Shown here: piece by piece, positions 35,731 through 39,920 of the stretch
How the letters are laid out: every line of letters starts with the position of its first letter
Numbering within the stretch: the stretch's first letter is position 1
Assembly (NCBI GenBank): GCA_020726425.1
Contig: DYSA01000001.1
Span: 1 to 39,920, forward strand
Direction of reading: 5' to 3'
Source of the DNA: Fibrobacter succinogenes
GTDB taxonomy: Bacteria > Fibrobacterota > Chitinivibrionia > Chitinivibrionales > Chitinivibrionaceae
Length of the DNA: 39,920 nucleotides
The notes under the pieces: model-generated
What the model saw: only the letters and a program-made list of their open reading frames with translations
What the model was told of the DNA's origin: nothing
The model's database searches: none
Made by a program: the position numbers and the translations under genes

Positions 35731-36306
35731 CTATCGGTATAACTTGTTTTCATCTATATAATTTCGTACTTCATCGTGAATCAAATAACGGCAAGAAAAT
35801 CCTTTTGATAAATACTCACGCAACGTGGATGAAGATATCCCCCACTCTGGCGAAGGGAAAAACCGAATGTCACCTTCCAAACCACAGGTATCATCTGAAC
35901 TTCCCGGCCGCGAAGCGACAACGAGCACGACTTTTTTAAGCAACTCTTCAACGCGATGCCATTTGTGAAAACTGGCAAGATTATCCGCACCAATCAGATA
36001 ATAAATTGTTGCATTGGGATAATCTTGAGCAAACTGCCCCACGGTATCAATGGCATACGATACGCCCAATCGATTGAGTTCACCGCGCCAACAAGAGAGA
36101 TGAGGATCTGCTTGAACCGCACACTCCACCATCGAAGCACGGTCTTCCCCCGAAATAGTCAGAGACTCTTTCGCAAATGGATGCTCTGCAGTGGGAATAA
36201 TAAAGAGGTGATCCAGTTCAAACTGTTCACAGGCGAGTCGAGCCATGGCTAAGTGACCATGGTGAATAGGACTAAAACTTCCGCCAAACAGTCCGATATT
36301 TTTCAT
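35731..36306 (-). CDS. nadD: Nicotinate-nucleotide adenylyltransferase
   Basis: GLFGGSFSPIHHGHL (HxGH motif) and ISSSTLREYL (ISST motif). 191 aa. ATGA overlap with bamD. Confidence 0.9.
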   Translation of the reverse strand: MKNIGLFGGSFSPIHHGHLAMARLACEQFELDHLFIIPTAEHPFAKESLTISGEDRASMVECAVQADPHLSCWRGELNRLGVSYAIDTVGQFAQDYPNATIYYLIGADNLASFHKWHRVEELLKKVVLVVASRPGSSDDTCGLEGDIRFFPSPEWGISSSTLREYLSKGFSCRYLIHDEVRNYIDENKLYR

Positions 36307-37097
36307 GCGTCACTCTTTGTACGGCGAAGGCGACGTTTGTTCTCTTTTTCCTGTTTTGCAATGAGGAAATCAATTCGCGACTCTTGCGATTTAACTTCAT
36401 TCGCATAAATACCACGGCTGGTAAAATCTTTCATAATTTCACGAGCTTCAGCAAAGCGGAAACCGTTCACCATGTTTTTCATAATCTGAAGGCGAACGAA
36501 ATCTTCGCGGGGATTTTCCGGAAACTCGCTAATAATGCTGCGATAGTAGATTACTGCGGCATCCCACTGTTCGACGATTTCATAGTATCTTGCATTTGCC
36601 AACTCTTTGTCAATCAAACGAGTAAAAATGGTGTCAACATACATCTTTGCCGTGTCCGCCCACTTGCTATCAGGAAAGTCCGCAGCAAAAGTGTTGAACT
36701 CACGCATAGCGCGTCGAATCGTTTTGCTATCTCGTTCTTTAATCGGCGCAGCTTTATAACTACAATAAGCCATGCGATATGCAGATTCTTCACGGAAAGG
36801 TGAATAGGGATACTCTTCTACAACCATACGATACTCAAGGCGCGCTTCATCAGGTTTTTTCCCTTTGCGATACGCTTCGCCGAGGAAATAATAGAGAGAA
36901 TCTGGATTTTCAATGCCGCCAATGCATTCAAGGCGAACGTTAGAAAGCAGCTGTACCGCTTTGCTGTTCTTTCCCGCCAAGGCCGCTTCGATACCCTTTG
37001 TATAATTTTTATCACATCGAGCCGACTTATCAAACTTTTTCTTTGCAGAAACACCAGAAACCAATACCATCAATGTTAACAGAACAATACGCATCAT
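36303..37097 (-). CDS. bamD: BamD/YfiO-like TPR outer-membrane assembly factor (no lipobox Cys)
   Basis: TPR-like repeats with YP.SP / FPDSKW blocks (VVEEYPYSPFREESAYRMAYC, FAADFPDSKWADTA, ELANARYYEIVEQWDAAVIYYRSIISEFPEN). The signal peptide ends in VSGVSA rather than L-x-x-C. Confidence 0.65.
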   Translation of the reverse strand: MMRIVLLTLMVLVSGVSAKKKFDKSARCDKNYTKGIEAALAGKNSKAVQLLSNVRLECIGGIENPDSLYYFLGEAYRKGKKPDEARLEYRMVVEEYPYSPFREESAYRMAYCSYKAAPIKERDSKTIRRAMREFNTFAADFPDSKWADTAKMYVDTIFTRLIDKELANARYYEIVEQWDAAVIYYRSIISEFPENPREDFVRLQIMKNMVNGFRFAEAREIMKDFTSRGIYANEVKSQESRIDFLIAKQEKENKRRLRRTKSDA

Positions 37098-37152
37098 AGA
37101 TTCAGTTCCCCTTACGAGATTTTATGTTCAAATCATTTTTTCTACGAAAATT

Positions 37153-37169
37153 TTGATCAATCTGATCAA
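37153..37169. promoter_or_regulatory. 7-bp inverted repeat TTGATCA-N3-TGATCAA upstream of bamD
   Basis: Perfect dyad in the 137-nt gap between Omp85 and bamD. Together with AGATCT at 37171-37176 it gives three GATC sites within 21 bp. Confidence 0.3.
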
Positions 37170-37234
37170 CAGATCTCAATTTATTATGAGCAAGCGCGTG
37201 TAAAATAGTTTTTCCCAACGCAATCAGCCCAGAC

Positions 37235-38599
37235 TCAATTGCGTATCCCCACATGAATTCGTCCCGGCCCGGACCCTTCATCGCAGTGGCGAGCCCAAAT
37301 TAGTGTAAAATTCACTTTTCCCGCAGGAATACGAACACCTCCACCGTATCCGAAAAGATATTCAACATCTTGCGAAGAAAAATAGACCGGAACACCAACC
37401 GCTGGATCTCCAAAGAGAAAGAAAGACCCTTTTTCGCTAAAATAAAACCGAAGTTCAGACCGTACCGAACCGACACCCACATAGGATTTTTGTTGTTCGT
37501 TGTAGCCACGAATAGAGTTCACTCCCCCAACCCGAACTTTTTCTGTGGAGTGAAGTTTTTCTGGTATAGTTACCGCCACTGCTCCAAAATCAAACGCACC
37601 ACCTAACGCGATCACGCGATTACAGGGAATCTGAAGATCCAAATTCACCGAAAAATCACTGCGGGGAATTGAGCTTTGCAGTTCATGAAGAATCCCGCTC
37701 CCTGCCGAAAGTTTCGTTCCCCAATCAAATTTAGCCCGTTTAAACGGGGGACGAAACCGTTCAAGTGAAAGTGAAATGCCGGTAAACGTCCTCTTAGCAT
37801 TTGAAGAATCAGAAAGTTCATAATACTTCCCCGACATTCCCGCTTCCCACGTTCCCCCAAGCCGATATCCAGCTCCCAAAGTAGCTTCCAACCGTCCATA
37901 CTCTTCACGCAGAACTTCCGCTGCCCCTGAAGTTTTCAAAGAAAAAGGAGAATTAAGAAACCACGGAACCATGACACCTATCGAAGCTTTTTGAAGTTCT
38001 TTATCTCCATACACAGAAAGTATAACCGATTCGCCCACGCGGAAAAGATTGAGAAGATCCAGATCGAGATATCCAATCACCCCTCGATTATCTCCGGAAC
38101 TCCACGACAAAGCCCCGTCGACAAAGAGATTTCTTTGAATCTTCACAGTAACAGGAAGAATCATTTTTGTTGTATCATCAACCGTTGCGACTTGTGGCAC
38201 GCCGGTTTCAGCAAAGGATATATACTTATTTGTTTCAAGAAGTCGCGGGATTCGATCGAATAGATCCGTCCCATACCGATGTTCTATTCCTCCAATCGGC
38301 CGAACGAACAAACGGGATGGTATGGGTTCAGAAGGAACAAAGAGAACTGTTACAGAATCAACAAACTGACCAGAATCAACAACAAAGAATGCACTATCAC
38401 GATTCTCCCCGCCGACAATTTTTGGTTGTACTGATACAAATGGATATCCCTGATCTGAAAGCTCTCGAACAATAGAGTCCGCCGAAAACCCCGCACGCTC
38501 TAACGAATACCGCGGCTCCTCTATTGAAACAGAAAGGGACTCCCCAAAGAGGAATCCCGCATACGTTAAAACAACCAAAACTACGAAACGATTAGTCAC
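37235..38599 (-). CDS. Short Omp85/BamA-family outer-membrane beta-barrel protein (about 455 aa, reduced POTRA region)
   Basis: C-terminal Omp85 blocks VGGVNSIRGYNE and YLFGYGGGVRIP. POTRA-like N-terminal region. The proposed GTG 38599 gives a canonical signal peptide, (M)TNRFVVLVVLTYAGFLFG. Track ATG 38707 would overlap the dksA-like gene by 116 nt. Confidence 0.65.
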   Translation of the reverse strand: MTNRFVVLVVLTYAGFLFGESLSVSIEEPRYSLERAGFSADSIVRELSDQGYPFVSVQPKIVGGENRDSAFFVVDSGQFVDSVTVLFVPSEPIPSRLFVRPIGGIEHRYGTDLFDRIPRLLETNKYISFAETGVPQVATVDDTTKMILPVTVKIQRNLFVDGALSWSSGDNRGVIGYLDLDLLNLFRVGESVILSVYGDKELQKASIGVMVPWFLNSPFSLKTSGAAEVLREEYGRLEATLGAGYRLGGTWEAGMSGKYYELSDSSNAKRTFTGISLSLERFRPPFKRAKFDWGTKLSAGSGILHELQSSIPRSDFSVNLDLQIPCNRVIALGGAFDFGAVAVTIPEKLHSTEKVRVGGVNSIRGYNEQQKSYVGVGSVRSELRFYFSEKGSFFLFGDPAVGVPVYFSSQDVEYLFGYGGGVRIPAGKVNFTLIWARHCDEGSGPGRIHVGIRN

Positions 38600-38993
38600 G
38601 AGTGCGGCGTTTTTGAAGCTCTTTGCCTTCCACAGAATATTTTGCAACAAGAACCGCTTCGAGCCGTTCTGTATCAATAAGTTTACCCGTGACTTGGCAA
38701 ATACCATAGGTTCCGTCTTTCACACGTTGAAGTGCATCATCGATCTGTTCAAGATACTTCCCGTGACGTTCAGAAAGAGTCATGGCAAATTCCCGTTCAT
38801 ACGAGAGTGCTGCCGCATCTCCAAGGTGATTCGAATATGAAGAACTTTCACCGGTAGAATCGGTAATTGTCTGCTTGAGATTTTCATCGCTCAAGTACCG
38901 AAGATCTGAGATAATATTATCTCGTTCTTCCAGCAGAAGATTGTGAAAATACGAAAGTTCTTCTTTGGAAAGTCTGGTTTTCTCTGCAACCAT
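38592..38993 (-). CDS. DksA/TraR-family protein with degenerate zinc finger
   Basis: Coiled-coil region plus the C-terminal GTYGICQVTGKLIDTERLEAVLVAKYSVEG, aligned to the family pattern GTYG.C..CG..I...RL.A.P....C..C. Only the first Cys is retained. AGGAG SD. Confidence 0.75.
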   Translation of the reverse strand: MVAEKTRLSKEELSYFHNLLLEERDNIISDLRYLSDENLKQTITDSTGESSSYSNHLGDAAALSYEREFAMTLSERHGKYLEQIDDALQRVKDGTYGICQVTGKLIDTERLEAVLVAKYSVEGKELQKRRTRD

Positions 38994-39237
38994 TTGGTTC
39001 TCCTAACAGTGGTTCGTGGCTTGTTGTGAACACGCCAATACAAGATGCCGATAATTATACCCGACGGCAATGAGTTTTACCACTATTTTATGTAAGAAAT
39101 ACACGAGAACCACAAATTTATCGGTTTTTCACATCATTTTTGACTAAATCAACTCTTTTTCAACCACTATTTTGTGATACCACTTCACTAATAGTTTTCC
39201 CTTTTGCCCATCTACTTTTCATTTTTAAGGCTTAAAG

Positions 39238-39268
39238 AAAAAAAACTGCCCCGTCAAAAGGAACTGTT
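39238..39268 (-). terminator. Probable intrinsic terminator of the 129-aa orphan gene
   Basis: Minus strand AACAGUUCC-UUUUGAC-GGGGCAGUU (9-bp stem with one mismatch and two G-U pairs) running into U8. About 28 nt after stop 39296. Confidence 0.45.
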
Positions 39269-39295
39269 TTCAAAAATTATTTCCGTCTGAAAGAA

Positions 39296-39685
39296 CTATC
39301 CAATCGCTTCACACTCGGTGCAAATCCAGTCGATAAATGATTCCAAATGAGGAACCCCTTTCAACTCAACGCCACACCATTCAAGTTTAAGCGTTAGAGC
39401 ACTGATTCCGCCAATCTGAAGTGAACAATTTTCGCTGCCACCAATCTGTTCCACTACCGGAAATATCGGCACAGATCCTTTTGCAATTGATTCAATCTGG
39501 GGAAGTACAAGTTCGCGAGCAAGAACAGTGGCACGACTATCCTGTTTATGTGATTGATTCGGAAAAATCCATTTCAAGCGGAACGAACCATTGTTCTTTT
39601 CAGAAAGTTCATAAATATTCTTGGTGAATTTTTCAGAATCGGAAGAAGTGCCATTTTCGGTGGTATACAAAATTCGGATACTCAT
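39296..39685 (-). CDS. Hypothetical cytoplasmic protein, 129 aa, no recognisable motif
   Basis: ATG with GAGG SD 9 nt upstream. No signal peptide or TM. It appears monocistronic, with its own promoter-like and terminator-like elements. Confidence 0.5.
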   Translation of the reverse strand: MSIRILYTTENGTSSDSEKFTKNIYELSEKNNGSFRLKWIFPNQSHKQDSRATVLARELVLPQIESIAKGSVPIFPVVEQIGGSENCSLQIGGISALTLKLEWCGVELKGVPHLESFIDWICTECEAIG

Positions 39686-39747
39686 TCACAAGCCTCATCT
39701 AATTGTTTAGGGTAATTTTTTTCGTATAGTACTGAAGTGTATGCTAT

Positions 39748-39775
39748 AAAATACATTGCTTTAGCGGTTTTTCAA
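39748..39775 (-). promoter_or_regulatory. Candidate sigma70-type promoter for the 129-aa gene
   Basis: Minus strand TTGAAA (39775-39770), 16-nt spacer, TATTTT (39753-39748), about 60 nt upstream of ATG 39685. Confidence 0.35.
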
Positions 39776-39920
39776 AATACATCATTTGCAGAGAAACCTC
39801 CGCATCAATATTCATTTGGCGAGAATGAAGAAAAAATGTTACTACTCAGGTATCACGAAAAAACCTTTGTTTTGTAAGTGATTGATATCCCCTCAACTCG
39901 TTCCGAGGCTCCGGCCTTGG

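Noticed and set aside
39890-39920. GC-rich segment at the right edge (cctcaactcgttccgaggctccggccttgg), possibly the beginning of a structured RNA or another element
   Set aside because: Only 30 nt are visible. A 4-bp CCTC/GAGG stem is not evidence, and I could not match the segment to tRNA, tmRNA, SRP or RNase P termini. It cannot be evaluated without the flanking sequence.
1-39920. Search for defence islands, toxin-antitoxin pairs, retron/DGR reverse transcriptases, integrases, prophage genes or rRNA
   Set aside because: Every ORF above about 120 aa except one could be assigned to a core envelope or housekeeping family. Other than the RayT/REP locus at the left edge, I saw no nuclease, RT, integrase or phage signatures and no abrupt compositional change.

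Overview
This window is almost entirely a tightly packed, minus-strand run of core envelope, cell-shape and housekeeping genes from a diderm bacterium. The lineage is probably FCB/Fibrobacterota-like; this is inferred from PorV-like barrels, a T9SS-type C-terminal domain and a GldG-type ABC module. Gene order in the direction of transcription (high to low coordinate): (1) an orphan 129-aa gene; (2) dksA-like, short Omp85, bamD, nadD, rpe, ThiD2-like, ftsK, lolA, a CTD-bearing secreted protein and two PorV-like barrels; (3) mreB, mreC, mreD, mrdA, rodA; (4) ABC ATPase, ABC-2 permease, GldG-like, DUF4340-like, glycosyltransferase, coaE, ykgJ-like; (5) PilZ protein, rlmH, pilin-like gene, pilM, pilN, pilO, an AMIN/SH3b-PilP-like gene, pilQ; (6) rarA with an extra C-terminal domain. 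At the low-coordinate end are a plus-strand tRNA-Gln(CTG), a beta-helix protein and a DsbA-like protein. These are followed by a tiny HAMP-like membrane protein, an extended phosphohexomutase and, at the left edge, a truncated RayT-type transposase gene with four REP hairpins. I saw no CRISPR, rRNA, prophage, toxin-antitoxin or recognisable defence module, and I cannot point to a clear novel multi-gene system. The unusual items are three domain architectures, the RayT/REP locus and some regulatory-looking DNA motifs. The architectures are RarA plus a degenerate methyltransferase-like domain, a PilP-like protein carrying AMIN-like and SH3b modules while PilQ lacks AMIN, and a PorV-like pair plus CTD cargo between lolA and mreB. 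All functional calls come from motif recognition by eye; no database search was possible. The ORF track uses TTG/GTG as M, so several starts were moved to internal ATGs with better RBS or signal-peptide logic.
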